Position numbers and translations under genes: made by a program. Under the pieces are notes generated by a model that was not told where the DNA came from, searched no databases, and saw only the letters and a list, made by a program, of their open reading frames with translations. Shown piece by piece: positions 1 to 9,128 of a stretch of 64,000 nucleotides of DNA (position 1 is its first letter; every line of letters begins with the position of its first letter). The DNA is from a virus (taxonomy: Duplodnaviria > Caudoviricetes): the IMG/VR virus record IMGVR_UViG_3300030372_002840, positions 6,831 to 70,830 of that record; one strand, 5' to 3'.

Positions 1-2
1 CA

Positions 3-3000
3 GCTATTGATGCTGATTATTTAGATGGATCACAACCAGCAAGATTTTTAGATGGACAATGTTGTAATATATTATGTGATGATTTTGAAGCTACTATAAC
101 TAATACTAGTCCTCAAAATGTACATAAAAATAATGATTCAAAAGGTAGTATTAAAATAAATATTACAGGAGGTCAAGGTGATTACACTTATGCTATAAGT
201 TCTCAGGGAGCAGCTATGTCAGATTATGGTATAACAACTGCAAGTGTGTCTTCTGATCAATCAGAATATGAATTTACTGGTATAACATTAAAAGATAAAC
301 TTGAATATCCGTTTAAGATTACAGTTACTGATGCAAATGGTTGTACAAAAGTAGCATATATACAATTAGATAAAGAAACTATTAGTGAACCTGGATTATT
401 GCTAGGATGTACTGATACTGGAGCATTAAATTATGATTCAGGAGCTGATCATAATTCTGGATGTATTTGGTGCAAATTAAATGGTCCTAGAGGAGAAACT
501 TATAAAGGATTAGGATTTGGTTTAACTGACGGATCAACAATTAGAGCATTAGGTGTAGAGTTATTTAATGTACAAAGTTACAAAGTTACTCATGCAACTT
601 CTTCAGGAGCTAGTGACGGTAAAATATTTATTAGAGGAGAAGTTTTTCCTGGTGCAGTAGCAGCAATTGATACAGATGCTGATGCATCATATACAATAAA
701 AAGATATAGTTTAGGAACAGCAGATGATGCTAATAATTTAACTAAAGGTGAAATATTAGCTTTATCAGCATCATCTTCTTTTACAGGTTTATCATCCCCA
801 ACTAAAGAAATAACTGGTTTAGCAAAAGGATGGTATGCAATATCAATTGAAGTTGCAAATTTACCTGCTGCAGCTCAATGTGTAAGTGTATTTAGATATA
901 AAGTAGGATATGGAGGATGTACAGATATAAATGCAAATAATTTTGATTCTTTTGCTAAATACGACAATCAAGGATGTCAATATGATTGTCCTCCAACTAC
1001 AGAACATGTTACAATAGGAAATACAAGAGAAGCATGTATGAAAACAGTTTCTGTTGGATCGCCCCAAGCAGGTGATACAATTAATTGGGTAATTGGAGAT
1101 AGAACAGCTACAGGACCTGGTCCACATTTAGCAATGGCTGAAGAATATGTAACAGTTTATAGAGAAAATTCTAGAACAAAATGTTCTACTAGTGGAGAAA
1201 CATATATAGATGCAACAGATTGTATTGTTGAATCTGCAGAAGTTCCTGGAATGGCTCGAAATTATAATACAGTACAAGGTCAAACTTTATTAGGAACTTT
1301 ATTTTTTGAAGAATTTATAACTTTAAATACTACTAATCAAGGGGGATGTACAAATCCTACAGCTTATAATTTTGATTGTAATGCATTGTGGGATAATGGA
1401 AGTTGTATAGAAACAAGATTTGGATGTACAAGCCCGACAGCAATAAATTACGAACCAAATGCTAATATAGATGATGGCTCATGTTTTGAAGGTATACAAG
1501 GATGTTGTGACATGCAATCTCCAGACTATAATCCTTTAGCAAATATATGTATAGAATGTGGACCGGCAACTTTAGGAGATGATGCTCACATAATAAGTAG
1601 AATAGCTATAGGTAATGTTATAGCTTCAATTGGTCCTCCTTGCGAGGCATCCTTAAATAGTTTTAATGGCGATGCTACTTCTAATGAATTAACACTTCAA
1701 GCTATAGAATTTGCAGCAACTTCGAGTGTAATTCATATACCTCCTGGACTAAAAATTAGAGCGTATAGAATACCAATGGGAGGAAATACTATAGAAGGAT
1801 ATAGTGTAAATAATATACAATTTCCTATGGAAGATAGCGGGTGGCCTGTAGAATGCACATGGACTTTAACAGGTACTGATAGAAGCCCGGTTAATGCTGC
1901 AATGGATAATGGTGGTTATTTAACTTATGTTACTGAAACTGGTGCAATTCTTACAAATAATATAGATCCTAGTAACATATACCAATTAAATAATACAACT
2001 TGGATTGGCGAAGGAAGTGTAGGATATGGTCCTCACATATTAGAAATAACTATACCATCTCCAGGAGGTGGTAAGTATCATGGTAGAGTTTTTGTTAATG
2101 CTCCTAATGGATGCATTGTAAATGGGTTACAACTTACAGGAACAAATTCAGTTGGATGTACAGATCCAACAGCGTCTAATTATAATCCATCAACTTCTTT
2201 AAGTAATTTTGCAGCTGCAAATGTTGGATATGGCGCAAATCAAGCTGATGCACAAGGAGAGTTTTGGTTTCCATATAGACAATTTCCTAATTCTTGGTTT
2301 GACCCAGGATTTACTACAATAGGAGGTGTTTCAAATTCAACTGCTTTAGGTAATACAAATGATGCTGATGATCAATTTGTATGTATTCATCATTATGGAA
2401 ATGGTCCATCAGACTTAGGAAATCAAGGTTTACCGTGTATACCTCCTAATATGTATCGTAAATTAAAATATATTAATAGATGTATAAGTAATGGATCTAT
2501 TAATTGGTTTAATAATCATATTACAGGTAGAGATACTAAATGTGAAGAAAGAAAATTAACTATTATGAGCCTTATCAAATATTTATTAGAAAGACAAGGT
2601 TTAGAGTGCGTATTTAATTGTGCAGATAGTGGTACAAAAGATTTTCATGCAGAAAGTTGTGCAGAAAGATGGGAAGCTGGAGGAAGTAAGGTTTGGGAAT
2701 ATGATAGTACAGGTATGGGTAATAATGATATAATTACAAATGATATTTGGTATTTTGATTTTAGTGAAAATGGAGGTGTTCCGCCTGTATGGCTAGGAGA
2801 CGCTCCTCCTAATTCATATTGGGTATTAGATAGAGTTATACCTGATTCATATGCTCCAAATGATGAGACAAGTCCTTTTGGCGCATCTGCAAAAATTGCA
2901 TGGCATCAATGTGTAGATCAAAAAAACTTTACAGAAACAACAAATTATTTAGATAATTTTTTTAAATTTGCATCTACATATTGTGAAAGCTGTGGTCCTT

Positions 3001-3137
3001 GTCAATATATTCCAGGAAACAGAACAACATTTTTAAAAGCACACCCACCAATAGTGCCTGTTACAAATGTTTCAGATTCTAATTCATTAAGGCTTGGAGG
3101 AATTTCATTAACTCTAGGAGAGGAGGAGTTTAGTTAA
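3..3137 (+). CDS. Large Cys-rich virion/adhesin-like protein with SprB-like and GCTD repeats (5'-truncated by window)
   Basis: The frame of ORF 216..3137 is open back to position 3 (AIDADYLDG...). It has SprB-like GSIKINYTGGQGDYTY and ITVTDANGCT, and six GC(T/C)x-x-x-A-x-N(Y/F)-type repeats. Confidence 0.65.
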   Translation, partial: AIDADYLDGSQPARFLDGQCCNILCDDFEATITNTSPQNVHKNNDSKGSIKINITGGQGDYTYAISSQGAAMSDYGITTASVSSDQSEYEFTGITLKDKLEYPFKITVTDANGCTKVAYIQLDKETISEPGLLLGCTDTGALNYDSGADHNSGCIWCKLNGPRGETYKGLGFGLTDGSTIRALGVELFNVQSYKVTHATSSGASDGKIFIRGEVFPGAVAAIDTDADASYTIKRYSLGTADDANNLTKGEILALSASSSFTGLSSPTKEITGLAKGWYAISIEVANLPAAAQCVSVFRYKVGYGGCTDINANNFDSFAKYDNQGCQYDCPPTTEHVTIGNTREACMKTVSVGSPQAGDTINWVIGDRTATGPGPHLAMAEEYVTVYRENSRTKCSTSGETYIDATDCIVESAEVPGMARNYNTVQGQTLLGTLFFEEFITLNTTNQGGCTNPTAYNFDCNALWDNGSCIETRFGCTSPTAINYEPNANIDDGSCFEGIQGCCDMQSPDYNPLANICIECGPATLGDDAHIISRIAIGNVIASIGPPCEASLNSFNGDATSNELTLQAIEFAATSSVIHIPPGLKIRAYRIPMGGNTIEGYSVNNIQFPMEDSGWPVECTWTLTGTDRSPVNAAMDNGGYLTYVTETGAILTNNIDPSNIYQLNNTTWIGEGSVGYGPHILEITIPSPGGGKYHGRVFVNAPNGCIVNGLQLTGTNSVGCTDPTASNYNPSTSLSNFAAANVGYGANQADAQGEFWFPYRQFPNSWFDPGFTTIGGVSNSTALGNTNDADDQFVCIHHYGNGPSDLGNQGLPCIPPNMYRKLKYINRCISNGSINWFNNHITGRDTKCEERKLTIMSLIKYLLERQGLECVFNCADSGTKDFHAESCAERWEAGGSKVWEYDSTGMGNNDIITNDIWYFDFSENGGVPPVWLGDAPPNSYWVLDRVIPDSYAPNDETSPFGASAKIAWHQCVDQKNFTETTNYLDNFFKFASTYCESCGPCQYIPGNRTTFLKAHPPIVPVTNVSDSNSLRLGGISLTLGEEEFS
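405..2190 (+). repeat. Six protein-level GCTDxxAxN(Y/F) Cys-rich repeats
   Basis: Repeats start at 405 (GCTDTGALNY), 915 (GCTDINANNF), 1344 (GCTNPTAYNF), 1422 (GCTSPTAINY), 1500 (GCCDMQSPDY, divergent) and 2154 (GCTDPTASNY). Confidence 0.85.
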
Positions 3138-3159
3138 TAACAATATAATATAAAATAAA

Positions 3160-4752
3160 ATGGCAGAAATAACGTCTTTACCCACAGTAGGGAAATTAAC
3201 TATAGGTACAAATGATTATCTTCTTGTAGCTAATAGTAGTACAAAAAAAGCTAGGAAATTACAAGCACAATCTTTATTTTCTACGCTAACAACAGTTGGA
3301 ACTAGTAGCGAACAGTTATATATAAATGTAACTAATAGGAATCAAATAAATTTTAAAGGTTTAAAATCAGGGGATACAGATTTATTAACTGTAGCAACAA
3401 CTGATAATAATTTAGTTTTAACTGTATTAGAAGCAGGAATAGATCTTAGTAAAGCTAATAACGCTACATCAGGATTTTTATCATCAGTTCCTTTAGGACA
3501 AGCAACAGGAAAATTGGCAGTAAATAAAGGAGGTACAGGTCTTTCTAGTATTTTAAAAGGTTCTGTGTTATATTCCAATGCTGCAGACACGATAACTACA
3601 ACTACATTAACAACTGATGGTCAACTTTTAATTGGTAATGCAACTTTAGGTTACCCAACTACAGGAACAATTGCAAGTGCAGATGGTACTATTAGTGTTA
3701 CAAATAGTGCAGGTGGTATTGATTTATCTGTAGTTGCTAGTAATAGATTAACTAGTATGTTAAATACAGATAGACATAATATTAATTTAAATGCTATTGC
3801 AGGTACAAGTTTTTTAACTGGTGACGGATCTAATGAAGGTATTACTATAGATACATCTGGTAGAGTATTTGCCGGAGATACTACGCCTACTGTTCCTACT
3901 TTAGCAGCAGGATTGACTATAGGAGGATCTGAAAGTGTAGCTTTAGAATTAGGAAATATAAATCATTATGGAGATAGAACAATAAAATTTGCTAATTCTG
4001 CATCTGGTATAACTGGTATGGAAGGTAAAATTTTAGGAGCCTCTCCTGCAGGAGGAAATGTAGCTGGTGGAGCAGTTCATGTTGAAGCAGGTGCTGGATC
4101 AGGAACTGGGCTTGGTGGTAATTTAATATTACATGCAGGTAATCCAGATTCTAGTACAGGTGGGGCTATTCAATTAAAAACATATACAGGTAAAAATACA
4201 TCAGCTACAGCAATGACTATTACAGCTAGTGGTGCTATAACAAATGCAGGCGCTACTACAATGAGTAGTAGTTTAGCTGTATCAGGAACATCTACATTTA
4301 CAGGCGCTATAACAGCTAGTGGAGGTATTCAACATGCAGCCCCAGTAGTACAAGCAGAAGGTACTTTAACATTAACAAAAGCTACTAATGCAGGTCGAAC
4401 TACAATTTTACCAGATATTAGTGATAATAGGACATTTACTATGCCTGATCCTGCAGCCGCAGGAGAATACTATCATTTAGTTTATTTTGGAACTGGAGCT
4501 GCTGCAGACGGGCATAACATAATTATAAATGGAGTAAATAATGATAATACTACAGGTTTTTATGGAGCTGTAGTACATCATGATACAAATGAAACAGGTC
4601 AGACGTCTACTATAGTATATGGTAGTTCTACTGATGATACAATAACATTAGCTTCTGGAAAAGCTTTTGATTTACATTTCTTAGCTACTAGTACAACTCA
4701 GTACTATATCTGGGGATGGAGTGCAGGCGACACTGCAATAACAATCGCTTAA
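3160..4752 (+). CDS. Tail fibre-like protein
   Basis: 530 aa, G/T/S/A-rich; LAVNKGGTG, DGQLLIGN and Gly-rich GGAVHVEAGAGSGTGLGGNLIL repeats typical of trimeric fibres. Confidence 0.65.
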   Translation: MAEITSLPTVGKLTIGTNDYLLVANSSTKKARKLQAQSLFSTLTTVGTSSEQLYINVTNRNQINFKGLKSGDTDLLTVATTDNNLVLTVLEAGIDLSKANNATSGFLSSVPLGQATGKLAVNKGGTGLSSILKGSVLYSNAADTITTTTLTTDGQLLIGNATLGYPTTGTIASADGTISVTNSAGGIDLSVVASNRLTSMLNTDRHNINLNAIAGTSFLTGDGSNEGITIDTSGRVFAGDTTPTVPTLAAGLTIGGSESVALELGNINHYGDRTIKFANSASGITGMEGKILGASPAGGNVAGGAVHVEAGAGSGTGLGGNLILHAGNPDSSTGGAIQLKTYTGKNTSATAMTITASGAITNAGATTMSSSLAVSGTSTFTGAITASGGIQHAAPVVQAEGTLTLTKATNAGRTTILPDISDNRTFTMPDPAAAGEYYHLVYFGTGAAADGHNIIINGVNNDNTTGFYGAVVHHDTNETGQTSTIVYGSSTDDTITLASGKAFDLHFLATSTTQYYIWGWSAGDTAITIA

Positions 4753-4793
4753 TTAATAACTAACTAATTTATAAAATATTAAAAAACAATTAT

Positions 4794-5207
4794 ATGGCAA
4801 CAACAAAAATTAAAACAACAAATGGTGAACTAGTAGACTTAATGAATGGTTTATTTAGTGTACAGGATCTTAAAGGTAAAGGATTTGCTTTTAAAGTATC
4901 TACTAATATGAGTAAATTACAGAAAGCTTTAGAGCCTGTAGAATTAGCAGGAAAACCAAGCGAAGAGTTTGTAAAATTTGCACAAGATGTACAAAAATTA
5001 CAGCAAATGAAAGATTCTGATGCTATTCAAAAATTAGAAGAAAGTAATCCTGAATTAGTAAGAGCTCGTCAAACACAAATGGACGCAGTCCAAGAGATGT
5101 TAAAAGAAGAAGCAGAAGAAATTGAACTAGAAGTTTTTACAAAAGATTCTTTACCAAATGATATTACAGGTAGACAGATCACCAATTTAGAAAAAATAAT
5201 AATATAA
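4794..5207 (+). CDS. Hypothetical alpha-helical protein (possible fibre chaperone)
   Basis: 137 aa, charged, coiled-coil character, directly after the fibre gene; function inferred from position only. Confidence 0.4.
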   Translation: MATTKIKTTNGELVDLMNGLFSVQDLKGKGFAFKVSTNMSKLQKALEPVELAGKPSEEFVKFAQDVQKLQQMKDSDAIQKLEESNPELVRARQTQMDAVQEMLKEEAEEIELEVFTKDSLPNDITGRQITNLEKIII

Positions 5208-5208
5208 T

Positions 5209-5559
5209 ATGGCAAATAGAACAATTTTAGAAACAAGTATGTCTCGAGTTGCAGCAGATATAGATACGTCTATAGCTCCTTTACCTATCATCATATTTGG
5301 AGATGCAGATCAAAATGCATACTCAGGACCATTTTTTGCATTAACAGCATTAACAAATGCGACACTTGATGTAGATCAGTGTTCAATGGGAGATGATATG
5401 AAAACTAGGACAGGTGCAAATACGTTAGGAACAAATACCACTAACTTTGTTATTCCAAAAGGAGTTACAATTTATGGAGAGTTTAATTCTATTGAATTAG
5501 ATAGTGGTACATTAATAGCTTATTCAAGACCTGGAACAACAGTAACTGTATTGTCGTAA
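5209..5559 (+). CDS. Small beta-rich putative virion protein
   Basis: 116 aa; IPKGVTIYGEFNSIELDSGTLIAY C-terminus of a type common in small marine phage structural proteins. Confidence 0.45.
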   Translation: MANRTILETSMSRVAADIDTSIAPLPIIIFGDADQNAYSGPFFALTALTNATLDVDQCSMGDDMKTRTGANTLGTNTTNFVIPKGVTIYGEFNSIELDSGTLIAYSRPGTTVTVLS

Positions 5560-6290
5560 TGCTTGGATTAGGTACTGCATTAATACGTTTAAGTGGTGCA
5601 CCAGATGATGGTGTATATAAATCTGCCAGTCTTGATGGAACTAACGATTACATACAACTTGGTAATATTGGGACTGTTAGATCTTTTCAAATATGGTTTA
5701 AACCAAATACCACTCTTAACTCAGTAACTTCTACAAGACGAATTGTAGGATTTAATTCTGCTGGTACAGGGTATTTTGGTATTCATATTTCTCAAGCAAC
5801 TGGTTTATTTGCTAATGAGACTATAACTGTATTACCAGGCGCAAATAGTAGAACATCAGATACTCAGCTATTATATTCTACTAATTGGTACCATCTTGTT
5901 ATTGTTTGGGACGGCACAGTGTTTCAAATATATGTAAATGGAGTAAATACTACTGTAAACGATGGTAATAATGGAAGCACTGATACTTTACCTTCATTTA
6001 GTTCGTTAAGAATAGGAACAGATAATAGTTCTACTGTTGATGCTTTTGGTGGGTTAGTAGATGAGATAGCAACTTGGTCTTCATCATTAACAGCATCAGA
6101 AATACTTTCTTTATATAATAGTGGTTATACTCTTGATGCAAGAAATGATTCTGGAAATTATGCAAGTTCTGCAGATCTTACAGGATATTGGAGATGTGAT
6201 GATTCTAATATGTTCGATGTATCTACTAATAGTAATAATGGAACTCCTATAAATGGAGTTGCATTTTCTGATGATACTCCTGCTCAATAA
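5559..6290 (+). CDS. LamG/concanavalin-A-like lectin domain protein
   Basis: SLDGTNDYI, FQIWFKP, WYHLVIVWDG...IYVNG, FGGLVDEIATW, LTASEILSLYN, LTGYWR are LamG hallmarks. Confidence 0.85.
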   Translation: MLGLGTALIRLSGAPDDGVYKSASLDGTNDYIQLGNIGTVRSFQIWFKPNTTLNSVTSTRRIVGFNSAGTGYFGIHISQATGLFANETITVLPGANSRTSDTQLLYSTNWYHLVIVWDGTVFQIYVNGVNTTVNDGNNGSTDTLPSFSSLRIGTDNSSTVDAFGGLVDEIATWSSSLTASEILSLYNSGYTLDARNDSGNYASSADLTGYWRCDDSNMFDVSTNSNNGTPINGVAFSDDTPAQ

Positions 6291-6301
6291 ATATATAAAT
6301 T

Positions 6302-6544
6302 ATGCATGAAAATAATAAATATGTAATATTAACTGCAGTAGAAGCTTCTAGTATAGATTTTTCTAAAGTAAAAGAAACTAGCGCTGACACATTATTTTGG
6401 AATAATGATAATAGTAAAACTTTTGTAAAGTATGAGGGTGATACTCCATCTTTTTTAAGAGGTAAACCAACTTTAACTCAAACTGAAATGATAGAAGAAT
6501 TAGAGAAATCTGAATGGGACATCGATGATGGTAATAATAATTAA
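6302..6544 (+). CDS. Small hypothetical protein (LamG-gene-associated)
   Basis: 80 aa ORF tightly packed in the operon; IDFSKVKETS...KTFVKYEGDTPSFL. Confidence 0.5.
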   Translation: MHENNKYVILTAVEASSIDFSKVKETSADTLFWNNDNSKTFVKYEGDTPSFLRGKPTLTQTEMIEELEKSEWDIDDGNNN

Positions 6545-6547
6545 ACA

Positions 6548-7597
6548 ATGAAAAATATAATAATTTTACTTATATTTGTAAGTAGCCTGTGTAATGCACA
6601 GATAAAAAACTTTTTTAAATATTCTACTTTTTATACTTCAATGAGTATGAATACGTCTTTTGTAGAAAGAGATGATTATATAGCAGTAGATAAAGGGTAT
6701 GAAGATGTTACACAAATAAATCCTTATGATTACAATTTAACTGTAGGGATTAGAAAAATTGCAAGATTTGATTATGAGTACAAAGTTAAGACATGGTATT
6801 ATGGAACTGAAAAAGCTGTTGCTGACAATGTTACTATTGGTAATAGTCTTGGTTGGGAGTATTTACTTAATTTTTCATTTATACGTAATCGTGGTAATAA
6901 GTTTATTGATCAAAATCTTTGGCTTAGATACCTTGGAAATAAATGCGTAACAAAATTACAATACAAAGATAATCAAAGAGTTAATCTTGAATATATATCT
7001 TTTGATACAAGATACAGAATAAACTCAGGAAACTGGGATTTTACAGCGGGTTTAGTGATGAGAGCTCATCCTGCTTACGGCTTTGTACCAATCAGGGATT
7101 TTTGGGTACCAGGCGAATCAACCTTTCAACAATTAGCAGAAGACTTTGGCTATGCCCCTGAACAATGGATTCAAGGTTTTTATGCAAATAATAACTGGTA
7201 TGATGTATCAGGAGGTGATTCTGTTCTTGTTGCAACAAGTAATGATGAGTTCTTCAATCACTATTTTGGAGATGCTGTAGCTAGATTTAATGAAAAAGAA
7301 TTAGAAAAGCTAGGCATACAAAAAGAATTAAGTGCAGTTGTTGGAATTGCATATTATAAATATACTCCTAAGTTTTGGTTACATACTTGGGTGAATGTTT
7401 TACCGTATCATTACGGATTAGATGAATACTCTTATGTTTATGAAAATGGTAAAGATATGTTTGAATGGGATTCAGGTATAATTTTTGGAACTAGAGTAAC
7501 TAAAAATTTAGGCTTATTTGTAGAGGGAACACATATGAAATACTGGGATAAACCAGTATATGAAATGAAATTTGGATTTAACTATTTATTCTTTTAA
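6548..7597 (+). CDS. Outer-membrane beta-barrel protein with Sec signal peptide
   Basis: Signal peptide MKNIIILLIFVSSLCNA|Q; many amphipathic aromatic-girdled strands; C-terminal beta-signal EMKFGFNYLFF ending in Phe. Confidence 0.75.
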   Translation: MKNIIILLIFVSSLCNAQIKNFFKYSTFYTSMSMNTSFVERDDYIAVDKGYEDVTQINPYDYNLTVGIRKIARFDYEYKVKTWYYGTEKAVADNVTIGNSLGWEYLLNFSFIRNRGNKFIDQNLWLRYLGNKCVTKLQYKDNQRVNLEYISFDTRYRINSGNWDFTAGLVMRAHPAYGFVPIRDFWVPGESTFQQLAEDFGYAPEQWIQGFYANNNWYDVSGGDSVLVATSNDEFFNHYFGDAVARFNEKELEKLGIQKELSAVVGIAYYKYTPKFWLHTWVNVLPYHYGLDEYSYVYENGKDMFEWDSGIIFGTRVTKNLGLFVEGTHMKYWDKPVYEMKFGFNYLFF

Positions 7598-7599
7598 TT

Positions 7600-7761
7600 A
7601 TGAAAAAAATACTATTAATATTATTATTATCAACAGGATGCTCAATGCTATTTAATGCAGATAAGTATAATCCTAATCCAACTCCTAAACCTATAGTAGA
7701 AGAAGTTGTAGAAGAACCAATAGTTGAACCAGATACAGTAAAAATTATTATAATAGAATAA
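7600..7761 (+). CDS. Small lipoprotein (53 aa, absent from ORF track)
   Basis: Hand translation MKKILLILLLSTGC SMLFNADKYNPNPTPKPIVEEVVEEPIVEPDTVKIIIIE*; lipobox-like STGC; fills the gap between 7597 and 7763 exactly. Confidence 0.75.
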   Translation: MKKILLILLLSTGCSMLFNADKYNPNPTPKPIVEEVVEEPIVEPDTVKIIIIE

Positions 7762-7762
7762 C

Positions 7763-8563
7763 ATGAAGAAATTATTTATCATACTATTTGCATTTGTTGG
7801 CTCATTTGTCAATGCACAACAATACGATTTTCAAGCTATATGCATGGCATGTGCAGAAGCTAACGGTTATTACTGTGGGGATGATCCTGCTAATTGGACT
7901 CAATATGCACCAAATGGATGTGTTATAAATGAATGGTTAAATGACGGTTGGGAAGACTGTGTAGATGCATCTGATGAAAATGGAGCAGTGCCAACTTCTC
8001 CTGAAGATTGTGTACCACCACCTCCAGAATGTGATACAGTGTATGTAGAAATACCTGTAATAGAATATGAATATATATATGAAACTGATACTATCATAGA
8101 AGAAGTAGAAGTTCCTTTTTATATATATGAAACAATAATACAATTTGACACTATTGTTGAAACAGAGTATATAACAACAGTTGTTATAGATACTGTAATT
8201 GAAGAGATTGAAGTATTTGTACCTGAGTATATATATGTTACTGATACAATATATGCAGATGTATTAGATACTATGTATATAGATGTTATAGAATATGTAG
8301 AAGTAGTTGTATATGATACAATAGTTGAAATAGAAACAGAATATGTAGAAATATTTGTTGTAGATACTGTTATAGAATATGTAGAAGTAATAAATACAGA
8401 GTATATAGATTGTGATTCAGGATTACCATGTAATAGTGGTATGGAAGAAATATTAGATAAATCTAATCAAACAGGTTTAATGTATAATCTTTTAGGGCAG
8501 CCAATAAAACGTCCTGAAAGTATTTATATAGAAGACGGTAAAATAAAATACATATTAAATTAA
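7763..8563 (+). CDS. Secreted protein: signal peptide + LDL-receptor class A-like domain + acidic DT-repeat stalk + T9SS C-terminal sorting domain
   Basis: MKKLFIILFAFVGSFVNA|QQ; CVINEWLNDGWEDCVDASDE; eight D-T-[IVM]; C-terminal SGMEEI...MYNLLGQPIKRPESIYIEDGKIKYILN. Confidence 0.75.
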   Translation: MKKLFIILFAFVGSFVNAQQYDFQAICMACAEANGYYCGDDPANWTQYAPNGCVINEWLNDGWEDCVDASDENGAVPTSPEDCVPPPPECDTVYVEIPVIEYEYIYETDTIIEEVEVPFYIYETIIQFDTIVETEYITTVVIDTVIEEIEVFVPEYIYVTDTIYADVLDTMYIDVIEYVEVVVYDTIVEIETEYVEIFVVDTVIEYVEVINTEYIDCDSGLPCNSGMEEILDKSNQTGLMYNLLGQPIKRPESIYIEDGKIKYILN

Positions 8564-8916
8564 TGTATACATATAAAGCAAAGTTAGATAGAATAATTGA
8601 CGGAGATACAGTAGATGCTCATATAGATTTAGGATTTGATGTTACTATACATAAAAGAATAAGACTTGCAGGTATAGATACTCCAGAATCTAGAACAAGA
8701 GATCTTGAAGAAAAAGCTAAAGGATTAGCTGCAAAAGCAAGATTAGAAGAACTACTAAAAGAAGAAAACTTTGTATTAGAAAGTAAAGAAGTTGGTAAAT
8801 ATGGTAGAGTACTTGGTACTTTACATACATATCCTGAAGGAAATTTACCAGTTAATGTTAATGAAACATTAGTGAAAGAAGGGTATGCAGTAGAATATAA
8901 CGGAGGTAAAAAATAA
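8563..8916 (+). CDS. Thermonuclease (SNase-like) family protein
   Basis: IIDGDTV, IRLAGIDTPES, KYGRVLG, LVKEGYA motifs; no signal peptide. Confidence 0.85.
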   Translation: MYTYKAKLDRIIDGDTVDAHIDLGFDVTIHKRIRLAGIDTPESRTRDLEEKAKGLAAKARLEELLKEENFVLESKEVGKYGRVLGTLHTYPEGNLPVNVNETLVKEGYAVEYNGGKK

Positions 8917-9128
8917 TGAATATATTTAAAGACGACAATAATTGGAATGAAAAAGCTATAATTGGATTTGTAGCTTTTATAATTATGTGTATAATAATGA
9001 TAGCTGACCTTGCTACTGGATGGTATGGATATGATTTAGTAATTAATGAATTTGTTTATGATTCATTTGTTTGGGTTGTTCTTGGATGTTTTGGAATTAG
9101 CGGAGTAGAAAAATTCGCTAAAAAATGA
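8916..9128 (+). CDS. Small two-TM membrane protein (possible holin-like)
   Basis: 70 aa with two hydrophobic segments and basic C-terminus GISGVEKFAKK. Confidence 0.5.
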   Translation: MNIFKDDNNWNEKAIIGFVAFIIMCIIMIADLATGWYGYDLVINEFVYDSFVWVVLGCFGISGVEKFAKK

